Shown in pieces: positions 29,445-39,851 of a DNA stretch of 64,000 nucleotides. A program made the position numbers and the translations under genes. Below the pieces are notes generated by a model that was not told where the DNA came from, ran no database searches, and saw nothing but the letters and a program-made list of their open reading frames with translations. This DNA is from a candidate division WOR-3 bacterium. GTDB lineage: Bacteria > Hydrothermota > 32-111. The first letter of the stretch is position 1; every line of letters starts with the position of its first letter. Where the stretch lies: contig JBBFKX010000001.1 in assembly GCA_037481815.1 (NCBI GenBank), positions 480,001 through 544,000 of the forward strand. Reading direction: 5' to 3'.

Positions 29445-30893
29445 TTAACCTTTTATCACACCAACAGGTAAAAGTTTTACCACAGGGATCGAGAGTCCCG
29501 CACCTTTTACAGTTTCTATTACATCGTCAACATTTTTATACGCCTGTGGGATCTCTTCCACAATCGTTCTGTTGCTCTGTGATAGAACAAGAACTCCACT
29601 ATCATTTATCTGTTTAAAAACATCCGTTTTTCTTGAGAACCTGATAGCCTGTTTTCTTGATAATGTTCTTCCAGCTCCATGACATGTTGAACAAAAACTT
29701 TCATAAACACTCTTCTCACCACCAACGAGTATATATCCTCCTGAAATCATATCTCCTGGTATTAAAACAGGTTGCCCCGTGTCTTTAAAAATGGATGGAA
29801 GTTCTCCATGCCCTTTTGGAAATGATCTTGTAGCACCCTTCCTGTGAACAACAAGTGTTTTCTTTTTACCATCTATCTCATAATCCTCGATTTTAGCAAT
29901 GTTATGAGCTACATCGTACAAAAGTTCCACCTTTAAATCTTTTTCTGAACTTTTAAAAAAGTTTAAAATCGTTTTCTTTATCAGATAGCCAATTATCTGC
30001 CTGTTACAAAAAGCATAATTCGCAGCACCAACCATCGCCTGATAATACATTCTACCAGAATTTGAACTGAAGGGTGCATAAACGAGTTGTTTATCAGGTA
30101 AAATTTTGTTCTCTTTTCTAAACTCTTTTGAAAAAGAAAGGACATAATCTGTGCATATCTGATGCCCAAAACCTCTTGATCCTGTATGTAACATTATAAC
30201 GATCTGGTTTTCAAAAAGTCCAAATTTTTCAGCAATATTTTGGTCAAAAATTTTAGAAATGTAATCTATTTCAAGAAAATGGTTTCCACTTCCTAAAGTC
30301 CCCTGTTGTGATATTCCTCTTTCAAAAGCTTCGTCACTTATACATTCATAATCTCCACCATCTATACATCCATAAGATTCTATCTTTTCGATTTCATCTT
30401 TATCTCCAAAACCATTTTCAATAGCCCATCTTGCACCCTTTAAAACTATTCTTTTGAGATCATTCTTGCTCAACTTAATATTACCATCACTCCCAACTCC
30501 TGAAGGGACTTCAAGAAAAATTTTTGTCAGAAGTTCTTTGATACAACCAATTATATCATCTTTTGTCAAACTCGTTTTGATACATCTGACACCACAATTT
30601 ATATCATATCCAACTCCACCAGGAGAAATGATGCCAGTTTTTACATCAAAGGCCGCTACTCCACCGATAGGAAAACCGTATCCTGAATGTATATCAGGCA
30701 TAGCAATACTATTCTTCACTATTCCTGGCAACTTTGAAACATTGACTATCTGTTTTATTGAGTCATCCTCTACGATCTTCTCAAGTTCTCTGTTAATAAA
30801 AATTACACAATCAACATTCATCCCATCAACAGAACCTTTGGGAATGATAACTTTGTTTTCATCAATCCTTTTAAAAAAATCTTTATAACTCAT
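29445..30893 (-). CDS. rtcB: RNA ligase RtcB
   Basis: MPDIHSGYGFPIG, GYDINCG, GSGNH, HTGSRG, HRKGAT, HGAGR. Confidence 0.95.
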   Translation of the reverse strand: MSYKDFFKRIDENKVIIPKGSVDGMNVDCVIFINRELEKIVEDDSIKQIVNVSKLPGIVKNSIAMPDIHSGYGFPIGGVAAFDVKTGIISPGGVGYDINCGVRCIKTSLTKDDIIGCIKELLTKIFLEVPSGVGSDGNIKLSKNDLKRIVLKGARWAIENGFGDKDEIEKIESYGCIDGGDYECISDEAFERGISQQGTLGSGNHFLEIDYISKIFDQNIAEKFGLFENQIVIMLHTGSRGFGHQICTDYVLSFSKEFRKENKILPDKQLVYAPFSSNSGRMYYQAMVGAANYAFCNRQIIGYLIKKTILNFFKSSEKDLKVELLYDVAHNIAKIEDYEIDGKKKTLVVHRKGATRSFPKGHGELPSIFKDTGQPVLIPGDMISGGYILVGGEKSVYESFCSTCHGAGRTLSRKQAIRFSRKTDVFKQINDSGVLVLSQSNRTIVEEIPQAYKNVDDVIETVKGAGLSIPVVKLLPVGVIKG

Positions 30894-31312
30894 AGGTCAA
30901 AATACAATCTTATTTTTTTATATTTTTTTTTATCTTTAAACTCAAGATTATGGTACGTGGCTGATTTTAAAACATTCCTTACCAAATGTTTTGATGGATC
31001 AAATTTTTCACCGAATATTTTATATTTTAATCTATACCTGTTATCTTTAATGCAAAAATCGACTTTCAAAATTTTCCCAACAATCTTTTTACATTCAAAA
31101 ATTAAAATTATCCTGTTCGAAAACTTTACAATCAGGTCTTCAATAGTATCCTCAACCAAAAAATTCCTTTCAACAAGCGAAATGTTTACATTTTTGTTTT
31201 CAACGATAAGATCAAAAATCGAGTTCCCAAGATTTTCAAAAAGATTTAAAAAATCGTATCCTTTTACTTCTATACCAAGATCACCTGTATCATCGAGTAA
31301 AATGTAGTCCAT
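30890..31312 (-). CDS. Archease
   Basis: N-terminal DDTGDLGIEV and C-terminal KSATYH...FDL; 4-nt overlap with rtcB. Confidence 0.88.
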   Translation of the reverse strand: MDYILLDDTGDLGIEVKGYDFLNLFENLGNSIFDLIVENKNVNISLVERNFLVEDTIEDLIVKFSNRIILIFECKKIVGKILKVDFCIKDNRYRLKYKIFGEKFDPSKHLVRNVLKSATYHNLEFKDKKKYKKIRLYFDL

Positions 31313-31319
31313 ATTTTAT

Positions 31320-31381
31320 ATTTTAGATGGGTTTAAAAATTTTTCAATCTATTTGATTTTTTTGTAAAAAAATTGTATAAT
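31320..31381. promoter_or_regulatory. Back-to-back sigma70 promoters, both leaderless
   Basis: Minus strand TTGAAA-N16-TAAAAT-N7-ATG(31312); plus strand TTGATT-N17-TATAAT-N7-ATG(31389). Confidence 0.6.
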
Positions 31382-31388
31382 CAAATCA

Positions 31389-32702
31389 ATGATACATATT
31401 GTAGAAATTATTGTATTGTGCTTTTTATCAATCTTTCCTTTTCTCTTTTTAAAATCAAAAAATAAAGGTTACAAATTCTCAACAGCAATTTTACTGATCA
31501 CACTTTTTTCCCTAAGATACATTTTAAATCCCTTTTTAAACGGAAGATTAAAAATACTTTTTTTGATCGTTGTAATCTTTTTTTCAATCTTTATTTTTAT
31601 ATCACAAAAAAAATTTTATAATATCTATTCAGTACTGTCAGAAAAGAATTATGTTATTCTAATCTTTCAGTTTATAACAACAATTACGATCTTTCTAGGA
31701 ATGTTAGAATTCACTTTTTACTGGTTAATTTATTTTAATAAAATTAAACTTTACTCTCCAATATACACTCTTAAAATTTCAGATAATATTGAAGATATCT
31801 CGGTTATAAATGAAAGGTTTAAAGATATAGATACAAAACTTTTAACAAATGATATAGACCTTCTGATCAAAATTACAGATAATTCCCATCTGATATTCAA
31901 TCCTATTTTCTTCTGGGAACCGATAAAGGGCGAATATCCTTATAACAGGTTTGGTTTTAAAGGTGATCTTCAGAATATAAAGAAAGTTAAAGATGAGGTT
32001 AGAATCTTTTTTATAGGTGATTCCAACACTGAAGGTGAAGATCTCCATTCTTTCCCATACATTCTTCAAAAAAGATTTGAAAAAGAAGGAAGAAATAATA
32101 TCAAAGTTATAAATGCTGGAGTAACAGGTTACACTTCCTATCAGGGGCTTTTAAGGTTTAAACATTATATATTAAAATTTTCTCCAGATATCTTAGTCGT
32201 TTCATTTGGATGGAATGATGCCTCCACATTTTTTTATGGGTATGACAGACATAGACAATTTCCACCTGGATTGTTATATCTTTATGATCATCTAAAAAAC
32301 TATAATTTCGTTAAATTCATTATATCACAGAAAATAAAAATATCTTCAAAAAAGGGGCTCGATGATCTTCCGAGAGTATCACCTCAGGACTACGAAAACA
32401 ATATTCTTGAATTTTTAAACTTATCTAAAAACAGGAAATTTGAAATTATTTTACTCACAAGACCTTACAACATAAATCAATACAAAAGTGAAAAAGATTT
32501 TCGAAAAAATGTTACCATTTATAATGAGATTTTGAGGAAAATTTCAAAAGAATATCGAATAAAACTAATAGATCTTGAGAAATTTTTTAACGAGAAAGAG
32601 GATAAGAGTAGATATTTTGTAGATGACTGTCACAACAACTATCTGGGATTTGAACTCATTTCTGAACTCTTATATGATTCTTTACAAAATTTTCTAAAAT
32701 AA
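31389..32702 (+). CDS. Membrane-anchored SGNH/GDSL hydrolase
   Basis: About 4 N-terminal TM helices; GDS, NAGVTG, GWND and DDCH blocks. Confidence 0.85.
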   Translation: MIHIVEIIVLCFLSIFPFLFLKSKNKGYKFSTAILLITLFSLRYILNPFLNGRLKILFLIVVIFFSIFIFISQKKFYNIYSVLSEKNYVILIFQFITTITIFLGMLEFTFYWLIYFNKIKLYSPIYTLKISDNIEDISVINERFKDIDTKLLTNDIDLLIKITDNSHLIFNPIFFWEPIKGEYPYNRFGFKGDLQNIKKVKDEVRIFFIGDSNTEGEDLHSFPYILQKRFEKEGRNNIKVINAGVTGYTSYQGLLRFKHYILKFSPDILVVSFGWNDASTFFYGYDRHRQFPPGLLYLYDHLKNYNFVKFIISQKIKISSKKGLDDLPRVSPQDYENNILEFLNLSKNRKFEIILLTRPYNINQYKSEKDFRKNVTIYNEILRKISKEYRIKLIDLEKFFNEKEDKSRYFVDDCHNNYLGFELISELLYDSLQNFLK

Positions 32703-32765
32703 AATTCTTGATATTTAAGAAAATTTAAGGTAAAATTTTGATTATTATAATAAAAGGAGTTATTT

Positions 32766-33980
32766 ATGATAAATTATGAAGAACTTTTTTCAGATAACAT
32801 TAAATCGATGAAAAGATCGGTCATAAGAGAACTGTTAAAATTGACACAAAAAGATGGGATTATATCTTTTGCCGGTGGACTCCCATCAACAGAATCGTTC
32901 CCTGTTGAAGAACTGAAAACGATAACACAGGAAGTTTATGACAAATATGGAGCAAAGGCGTTGCAATACGGCTCAACAGAAGGACTTCCGATGCTTCTTT
33001 CGGAACTGATAAAACTTATGAAAGAGAGTGAAAATGTATCTGTAAAAGAGGAGAATATAAGTATAACGATTGCAAGTCAGCAGGGACTTGATCTTGTCGG
33101 TAAAATTTTTCTGAATCCACAGGATACATGTATAGTTGAATCTCCAACCTATGTTGGTGCTATAAGCGCTTTCAACAGTTATAGAAGCAGAATGGTTGAT
33201 GTTGAACTAGACGAAGAGGGTATCAAAACAGATCTTCTTGACCTGACGATCAACAGGTTAAAAAAAGAGAATATAAAACCAAAATTCATCTATGTTATTC
33301 CCGATTTTCACAATCCTGCAGGTGTAACAATGTCATTAAAACGAAGAAAAGAATTACTTGAAATCGCAACAAGAGAAAAGATTATGATAATAGAGGATTC
33401 TCCATACAGAATGATAAGATATCGAAACGAGAACATTCCTTCACTTCTTTCACTTGACAAAAATAACCTTGTTATCGCTTTGTTCACATTCAGTAAAATA
33501 TTTGTTCCGGGCTTTAGATTGGGATGGGCTGTTGCACCAAAAGAGATAATCGATAAATTCATAGTTGCAAAACAGGCAACAGATCTATGTACCCCCCCAT
33601 TCAACCAGTTCATAGCAGCATTATTTTTGAACAGAGGACTTTTGAAAAAAACAGTTGAAAGGACCATATCAATCTATAAGGAAAAGAATGAACTTATGCT
33701 TGAATCACTTGAAAAGTATATGCCAAAAGACAAAGGAATAAAATGGACAAAACCTGATGGTGGATTGTTTTTGTGGGTTTCATTACCTGAGGGCTATGAT
33801 TGTGATGAGATGTTCAAATTTGCAATAGAAAAAAATGTAGCATACGTTGTGGGAAGTGCTTTCTATGCACATGGAAACAAAAAGAATTCGTTCAGAGTTA
33901 ACTTCTCATACCCAACAAAAGAAGAGATAGTTGAAGGTGTCAAAAGACTTGCTGATGTTATATCAGATTATGTGAAATAA
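32766..33980 (+). CDS. PLP-dependent aminotransferase class I/II (LysN/ARO8-like)
   Basis: ISFAGGLP, LQYG.TEG, HNPAG, EDSPY, TFSKIFVPGFRLGW. Confidence 0.92.
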   Translation: MINYEELFSDNIKSMKRSVIRELLKLTQKDGIISFAGGLPSTESFPVEELKTITQEVYDKYGAKALQYGSTEGLPMLLSELIKLMKESENVSVKEENISITIASQQGLDLVGKIFLNPQDTCIVESPTYVGAISAFNSYRSRMVDVELDEEGIKTDLLDLTINRLKKENIKPKFIYVIPDFHNPAGVTMSLKRRKELLEIATREKIMIIEDSPYRMIRYRNENIPSLLSLDKNNLVIALFTFSKIFVPGFRLGWAVAPKEIIDKFIVAKQATDLCTPPFNQFIAALFLNRGLLKKTVERTISIYKEKNELMLESLEKYMPKDKGIKWTKPDGGLFLWVSLPEGYDCDEMFKFAIEKNVAYVVGSAFYAHGNKKNSFRVNFSYPTKEEIVEGVKRLADVISDYVK

Positions 33981-33996
33981 TTATATTCCCAATAAT

Positions 33997-34025
33997 GATA
34001 TAGAGAGGTAAATCCTCTCTATATC
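33997..34025. terminator. Hairpin between convergent genes, probable bidirectional terminator
   Basis: GATATAGAGAGG-TAAAT-CCTCTCTATATC, perfect 12-bp stem. Confidence 0.65.
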
Positions 34026-34891
34026 TGATCCCACATTTTTCTAATAATATTTTTCTTGTTTTTCCAATCAGGTGAAACTTTAACAACAAGTTCAAGAAAA
34101 ACAGATCTTCCCAAAAAATCTTCTATAAGTTTTCTTGATTCAATTCCAACATTTTTTATCATCCTTCCTTTTTCACCGATAAGAATTTTCTTCTGTGATT
34201 CCCTTTCTACAAGTAGGATAATTTTTATGTAATCCTTTCCATCTCCCCTTTCTTTAAATTCATCAACAATTACACCTGTTGAATACGGGATCTCCTGTCC
34301 ATAAGTTTCAAAGATAACCTGTCTTACAAATTCGGCAACAAAAAATCTTTCAGGTTTTTCACTTATTATATCTTCAGGATAAAATAAGGTGTCATGGGGA
34401 AGTTTAGATTTGATCTCCTCTATCAACCTATCGATGTTGTATCCTGTTAAAGCTGAAACAGGTATGACTTCAAGGGAATATTTTTCCCTTAGATTATCTA
34501 AAATTATGTTTGCCTCTTCCTGGGTAATCAGGTCAATTTTATTCAAAACAACGAGTTCAACAGCATCCTTCTTTTTTTTAAAATCGATTCTATCATCTAC
34601 CCAGTTTTTGATATCGTGAATATAGATTATTATATCGGATCCCTTGATCACTTTTTCTATATCTTTCATCATCTCTTCTTCTAAAAGATTTTTACTCTTT
34701 ATTATTCCTGGAGTATCATAAAAGATTATCTGTGAAGTTTCATCGTTATATATTCCAAGAACAGCAGATCTCGTTGTCTGCGCTTTTTTACTTACAGCGG
34801 AAATGTTAACTTTCAAAATCCTGTTCAAAAGTGTTGATTTACCTGTGTTGGGTTTACCTATTATAGAAACATATCCTGACTTTTTCATCAT
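34019..34891 (-). CDS. era: GTPase Era
   Basis: GKPNTGKS, QTTR, DTPG, NKID, SA and the KH domain (EIPY, ILIG); real start near MMKKSGY. Confidence 0.95.
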   Translation of the reverse strand: MMKKSGYVSIIGKPNTGKSTLLNRILKVNISAVSKKAQTTRSAVLGIYNDETSQIIFYDTPGIIKSKNLLEEEMMKDIEKVIKGSDIIIYIHDIKNWVDDRIDFKKKKDAVELVVLNKIDLITQEEANIILDNLREKYSLEVIPVSALTGYNIDRLIEEIKSKLPHDTLFYPEDIISEKPERFFVAEFVRQVIFETYGQEIPYSTGVIVDEFKERGDGKDYIKIILLVERESQKKILIGEKGRMIKNVGIESRKLIEDFLGRSVFLELVVKVSPDWKNKKNIIRKMWDQI

Positions 34892-36093
34892 GCACCAAAC
34901 TTCTTCAATTTTGATGAAGCGGCAAGCATTAAAACTATAAGTTCTTTTGAATAGATTTTTCCAATCGATCCTTTCAAACACTCCTTTTCAGAAAAACCTG
35001 TTACATCAACGGGTCTTGGGTATTTATTGATGAAAAGCAAAGGAACATAATGGTATGAGTGTCCTTTCATGACCGATGGGGTTGAATGATCTGAAGTTAT
35101 AGCAACAACTTCAAAACCAAGAGATAGTATTTCTGGAAGAAGTTTATCAAACTCTTCTATAACTTTCACCTTATTTTCAAAATCACCATCCTCTCCGTAG
35201 GAATCGGTTTTTTTTACATGGAAAAAGAAGAAATCATACTTATCATAACTTTCCTTTAAAGTTTCAATTTGATCTTTTAAACTTTCCCCTGTTTTTAAAA
35301 TATCCATTTTCACGAGTGATGCCAACCCCTTGTACATTGGATATGTTGCTATACAAGCTGGTTTTAAACCATAGCGTTCCTGAAATGGCTCTATTGACGG
35401 CATTTTTGAGATACCCCTGAAAAGTATGCAGTTTGCCTTTTTTTCATCTTTTAAAATTTTCAAACCTTTTTCAAAGATCTCATTTATGATGTTAGCACAT
35501 TCTTCACTATCCCCTTTAATCGATTTCGCTTTTAAGGGTTTCTCCATAACAACCTGAGGATCCGTATCGTTAACATAAGCATCCTTTTCAATCCCTCTTA
35601 TCACAACAACGAACCTGTGCTCTTTTCCTGAATAGAATTCAACTTTATATTTCCCAAAATCTTTGAAATTCTCATTCAATTTTTTTACCAACCTTAGATT
35701 CTCTTCACTCGATATCCTTCCAGCTCTCCTGTCGATTATTTTACCTTCTGCATCTATTGTAGCGAAGTTGCACCTTGCAGTAACGGTTTTTTCATCTATC
35801 CTTATATCGAGTCCCAACGCTTCAAGAATACCTCTACCGATAGGATACTCTGTTGGCTCATATCCAAATACAGCAAGATGACCCGGGCCACTTCCTGGCG
35901 TTATACCTATATCAACTGGAACCATATAACCAAGATCGTTTTTCTTTGCAAGTTCATCCATATTTTTTTTGTTCGCTTTTTCAAGTTCAGTCATTTTTGA
36001 ATCATCAGGTATTCCTCCAACTCCATCGAGTATCACAAGAAGCATCTTTTTATCGTTCTGTTGAATCAAACTCTTTAAAAGTTCAATATTCAT
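34888..36093 (-). CDS. apgM: 2,3-BPG-independent phosphoglycerate mutase (archaeal type)
   Basis: LDGVG, PGSGPGHL, DRRAGRI, YPMYKG, DSYGEDG, TSDHSTP; SD GGAGG before the ATG at 36093. Confidence 0.9.
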   Translation of the reverse strand: MNIELLKSLIQQNDKKMLLVILDGVGGIPDDSKMTELEKANKKNMDELAKKNDLGYMVPVDIGITPGSGPGHLAVFGYEPTEYPIGRGILEALGLDIRIDEKTVTARCNFATIDAEGKIIDRRAGRISSEENLRLVKKLNENFKDFGKYKVEFYSGKEHRFVVVIRGIEKDAYVNDTDPQVVMEKPLKAKSIKGDSEECANIINEIFEKGLKILKDEKKANCILFRGISKMPSIEPFQERYGLKPACIATYPMYKGLASLVKMDILKTGESLKDQIETLKESYDKYDFFFFHVKKTDSYGEDGDFENKVKVIEEFDKLLPEILSLGFEVVAITSDHSTPSVMKGHSYHYVPLLFINKYPRPVDVTGFSEKECLKGSIGKIYSKELIVLMLAASSKLKKFGA

Positions 36094-36902
36094 AGATTCC
36101 TCCATGCATTATAGAATTCCTCAAAATTCAAACTGTTCAAACCATATTTCTGGTATTCTCCATCTCCGTGAAAATCTGTACCACCTGTTATCAACAGAGA
36201 ATTTTTAAACGCCTTTTCGCGCAGAAAGTCGATGTTGAACTGATTATTCTTTGGTGAAAAAACTTCTATGCCATCTATATCAAAATCTATTATCTCGTCG
36301 ATGAACTCAACAACATTATTTTCATAAGGATGTGCGAGAATGGCTAAACCTTTATAATTATGTATCATATCAACAGTTTCTTTAACGGTGAACTCTTTTT
36401 TTGGTACATAACACGGTTTATCATCCCCTATATATTTTTCAAATGCTTCTTTTAGATTCGATACAAAACCTCTTTTCACCATAACCCTTGCAAGATGAGG
36501 TCTTCCGATTGATTCAGAATACTTCGCTTCGAAAAAGAGATCCTCTTTTTCTATATGAATGTTGAAATTTTTCAAAAGCTCAACCATTTTCAATATTCTT
36601 GAAAATCTATCATTTTTTCTCAACTCAAGTTCTTTTCCGATCTCAACCATGTTTTTCCCATAAAAGAGGATATGGACCTGTCTTTTTTTATGAACTGTTG
36701 AGAACTCGATTCCAGGGAAATATTCAAGTTCATATCTTTTAGAGTTCAACTTTGCATCATCATAAGATCTGTTTGAATCATGATCGGTTATCGAAAAATA
36801 TTTTATCCCTTTTATCTTTAAAAGTTTACATATATCTTCAACGGAAAGATTACCATCAGAATAATTTGAGTGGATATGTAAATCTGCAACGATATTATTC
36901 AT
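36090..36902 (-). CDS. PHP-domain phosphoesterase (TrpH/YciV-like)
   Basis: DLHIHSNYSDG, ITDHD, GIE, GRPH, LAHP, GGTDFHG. Confidence 0.9.
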   Translation of the reverse strand: MNNIVADLHIHSNYSDGNLSVEDICKLLKIKGIKYFSITDHDSNRSYDDAKLNSKRYELEYFPGIEFSTVHKKRQVHILFYGKNMVEIGKELELRKNDRFSRILKMVELLKNFNIHIEKEDLFFEAKYSESIGRPHLARVMVKRGFVSNLKEAFEKYIGDDKPCYVPKKEFTVKETVDMIHNYKGLAILAHPYENNVVEFIDEIIDFDIDGIEVFSPKNNQFNIDFLREKAFKNSLLITGGTDFHGDGEYQKYGLNSLNFEEFYNAWRNL

Positions 36903-37717
36903 TTCAAGCCCATATCCGAAGATATCTGTTTGATTATATCCTCATCGATGAACTTTTTCTTCTCAATAAAAGCTTCAAGTAAAGCGTTATCACAAATAGT
37001 GTTGATCAACCTTGGTTTACCTTTTGAAAAGGTATGGATGAGTTTCAAAGCACCTTCAGAAAAGAGAGGTTCTTCTCTTCCTGCTATTTTGATCCTGTGG
37101 TTTATATATCCTATGGTTGATTCAAGATCAAGAGGATTCAATGTCAATTTCACACTTATCCTTTCGTAAAGTGGTGGATCGAGTTTCAAATTCTCTTCGG
37201 TTTCAGGCATACCAAACAGAAGGAATGTGATCAGATGTCCATCGTTATCAACTATATTTAAAAGTCCTCTCAGCTCTTCCATTATCTCTTTGCTCTTTAA
37301 CATATTCGCTTCATCTATCATAACAACAGGTCTTTTTCTTTTCTCTTTAAGATAGGAGAGTTGCTTGTAAACATGTCCTATTATATCTATCTTGTTATCG
37401 GTTTCAACTCTGGCACCAAGTTGGATAGCAATCTTTTTCAAAAGCCAACCTGCTGTTATCTCAGAATGTATTATCACAAGAAGTGAAACTTCAAAAACAT
37501 CACTCTTTGAGGAAAAATAGTCAAGAAGTTTTCTTGATATCATTGTTTTTCCTGTTCCGATATCTCCTATCAAAACAGCAAGACCCCTTCTCTGTTCAAC
37601 AACATGTAAAAGTTTGATTATCGCTTTTGAATGATAGGGAGAATTGTAGTAGAATCTCTCATCAGGAGAACTTGAAAACGGTGCTAAATTAAAACCAAAA
37701 TAATTGTTGTAATCCAT
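36899..37717 (-). CDS. ExeA/GspA-like AAA ATPase (no peptidoglycan-binding domain)
   Basis: FGF..APFS..PD, GDIGTGKT, IDEA, GMPE, G.PRLINTICDNAL. Confidence 0.88.
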   Translation of the reverse strand: MDYNNYFGFNLAPFSSSPDERFYYNSPYHSKAIIKLLHVVEQRRGLAVLIGDIGTGKTMISRKLLDYFSSKSDVFEVSLLVIIHSEITAGWLLKKIAIQLGARVETDNKIDIIGHVYKQLSYLKEKRKRPVVMIDEANMLKSKEIMEELRGLLNIVDNDGHLITFLLFGMPETEENLKLDPPLYERISVKLTLNPLDLESTIGYINHRIKIAGREEPLFSEGALKLIHTFSKGKPRLINTICDNALLEAFIEKKKFIDEDIIKQISSDMGLK

Positions 37718-37718
37718 A

Positions 37719-39839
37719 TCACATATAACTTATCTTGTTATTTTTTCCTTTATCACTTTTTGAATCATCAAAAGAGTCGATGTTGAAATCATCAACATTA
37801 AAATCATCAAGATTGAAATCTTCTCCTATTTCCTGTTTTAAAATTGAGGAGAAATCAATGAACTCTTCCTTTTTCGTTTCTTCTTTTTTATCTGAAACTT
37901 CTATTTTAGGTTTTTCGACCTGCTTTGTTAAATTTTTCAAAGTGTTTATCCTTTTCTCTACATCTTCAAATTTTGAATCAACAGCATAAATTTCATTGTA
38001 GAGTTTTAGCGCTTCTTTGAACATATTTTTTCTTTCATAAAGTTTCCCAATAGTATATTTTATACCAAGATATTCAATTTCGGCTTTTCCTTTCATCGAA
38101 AGTGCTTTAATCAAACTTTCTTCTGCTAGTTCAAGTTCACCTTTTTCAAGGAAACATTGCCCAAGCATTTCAAGTGATTTCATTTCAAAATCTTTATTCT
38201 TTACGGATTTTTGAAATTCCTCGATAGCCATATCGTAAAGTCCCATCTCCTTAAAGGATAAACCGAGATCATAATGGCTCGACACATCCTCTTCTGAAAT
38301 ATTTTGATTGAGACCATCTTTCAGCTCATCAAGCAATTCCTGTAAAGACCAGAACGACTCATCTTTGGTTTCTTTTTGTCCTTCCTCAACTTTGAATTTT
38401 GGTCTACCACCTTCATTTTTCCCTTTCAAAATATCCGCTGCTGTTAAATGTTCACTCTCTTTAAAAATATCCAAACTTTCAGATTCTTTTAAAACATCCT
38501 CTTTAAAAGATGAAAGAAAGTCCTCAACTTTTTCTTCTTTCTGCTGTTTTGGAACTTCTGTGTGTTGAATTTTTTCAACTGGTTTTTTCGGCTCCTCAAA
38601 AACAGGTCTTTCAAAAACAGCAGGTCCCCGTTCAATTTCGCTTTTTATCTTTAATGCTTCTTTATTCGTTGGGTCAACTCTCAAAATCGTATCTATGTAA
38701 TATTTTGCTTTTTCTTTTGATTCATTTTTAACCTTGTTCGCATAATAAAGAAAAACCATTATAGCACCTTTAAAATCACCTGTCTTGTTCGAAAGTTCAA
38801 TAATTTTTTCAGAAGCTATTTTCTGTTCATTATCAAGTTCAAATATTCTTGTATAAATTTCAAGTGCTCTTTTTAAATTCCCGGCATTATAATATGCTTC
38901 AGCACCCTGATAATAATATTCTATAGCACTCTTTATATCGAGATCTTCCTGAAGTTTCCCAAGTTCAACATACGATTCTATACTTGTAGCATCCTCTTTG
39001 AATATTGATGAGATGTCTTCAACTTTTTCCTCTTCAAGATTCTTTTTCTCTTCCTTCCGTTCCGACTTTGTTTCGAAAACATCACCAGAGAATGTTTCAT
39101 CAAGTTGTTTTGCTAAATCTTCGGTGAGTTCAGTTAGGTCGACTTCAAGATTCTCTTCAACAATCTCTTTCTTTTTTTCTTCAAACTTTGGAGGTTCTTT
39201 TATCGGTTCTTTTATTTCCTCTTTTCTTATTCCAAGTTTCGATTCTATCTGGGAGATCCTTTTCCGTGTCATGGATGCCTGTGGTAAATCTCCCCTTTTT
39301 AAATAAAATGATTCTACATCTTTTAAATATTCGAGAGCAAACTCAAGGTTGTTTTCCTGAATATAAAGATCTATAAGTTTCTCTTTTATCTCGACCTTCT
39401 CTGGAACGAGTTCAAGTGTCTTTTTGAAACCTTCTATGGCCATCGTGATATTTTTTTGCTGAATCGCTTTTTCTGCAAAAAGAATATAAGAATTCAACGC
39501 TTCTCCAATTGATCCAGCTTTTTTCTGGAGATCAGCAACAGTTTCATACATTTCAAGTTGATCGGGGTCAAGTTTGATGATCTTTTTCGCCATCGCTATC
39601 GCAAGAGGAAACCATGTCTGTTGAACATAAATATTCATCGCCATCCTGTAGTTTTCAATAGCTTCAGATTTTTTCTTTAGATTGTTAATATAAAGATCAC
39701 CAATTTTGTTATATATTGCAGGATCCGGTTGCCCCTTTGTCGCGGCAATAATTTTCATATAGATTTTTATAGCATCCTCATATCTTCCACTCTTTTCAAG
39801 TTGTAACGCTTTTTCCTTCGCTTCACTTAAAGTTGCCAT
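37719..39839 (-). CDS. Large TPR protein, SgmX/Bd2492-like architecture
   Basis: N-terminal TPRs (AIAMAKKIIKLDP), acidic linkers, C-terminal SHYDLGLSFKEMGLYDMAIEEF TPR block, tail KISYM. Confidence 0.75.
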   Translation of the reverse strand: MATLSEAKEKALQLEKSGRYEDAIKIYMKIIAATKGQPDPAIYNKIGDLYINNLKKKSEAIENYRMAMNIYVQQTWFPLAIAMAKKIIKLDPDQLEMYETVADLQKKAGSIGEALNSYILFAEKAIQQKNITMAIEGFKKTLELVPEKVEIKEKLIDLYIQENNLEFALEYLKDVESFYLKRGDLPQASMTRKRISQIESKLGIRKEEIKEPIKEPPKFEEKKKEIVEENLEVDLTELTEDLAKQLDETFSGDVFETKSERKEEKKNLEEEKVEDISSIFKEDATSIESYVELGKLQEDLDIKSAIEYYYQGAEAYYNAGNLKRALEIYTRIFELDNEQKIASEKIIELSNKTGDFKGAIMVFLYYANKVKNESKEKAKYYIDTILRVDPTNKEALKIKSEIERGPAVFERPVFEEPKKPVEKIQHTEVPKQQKEEKVEDFLSSFKEDVLKESESLDIFKESEHLTAADILKGKNEGGRPKFKVEEGQKETKDESFWSLQELLDELKDGLNQNISEEDVSSHYDLGLSFKEMGLYDMAIEEFQKSVKNKDFEMKSLEMLGQCFLEKGELELAEESLIKALSMKGKAEIEYLGIKYTIGKLYERKNMFKEALKLYNEIYAVDSKFEDVEKRINTLKNLTKQVEKPKIEVSDKKEETKKEEFIDFSSILKQEIGEDFNLDDFNVDDFNIDSFDDSKSDKGKNNKISYM

Positions 39840-39851
39840 AGATTTTACCTC

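Noticed and set aside
34892..34981. N-terminal extension of Era in the ORF track
   Set aside because: It overlaps apgM by about 90 nt; the Era fold starts at MMKKSGY with an ATGA overlap at 34888-34891.
37770..37815. Short imperfect repeats encoding DFNLDDFNVDDFNIDSF
   Set aside because: Low-complexity acidic protein linker within the TPR gene, not a DNA repeat element.
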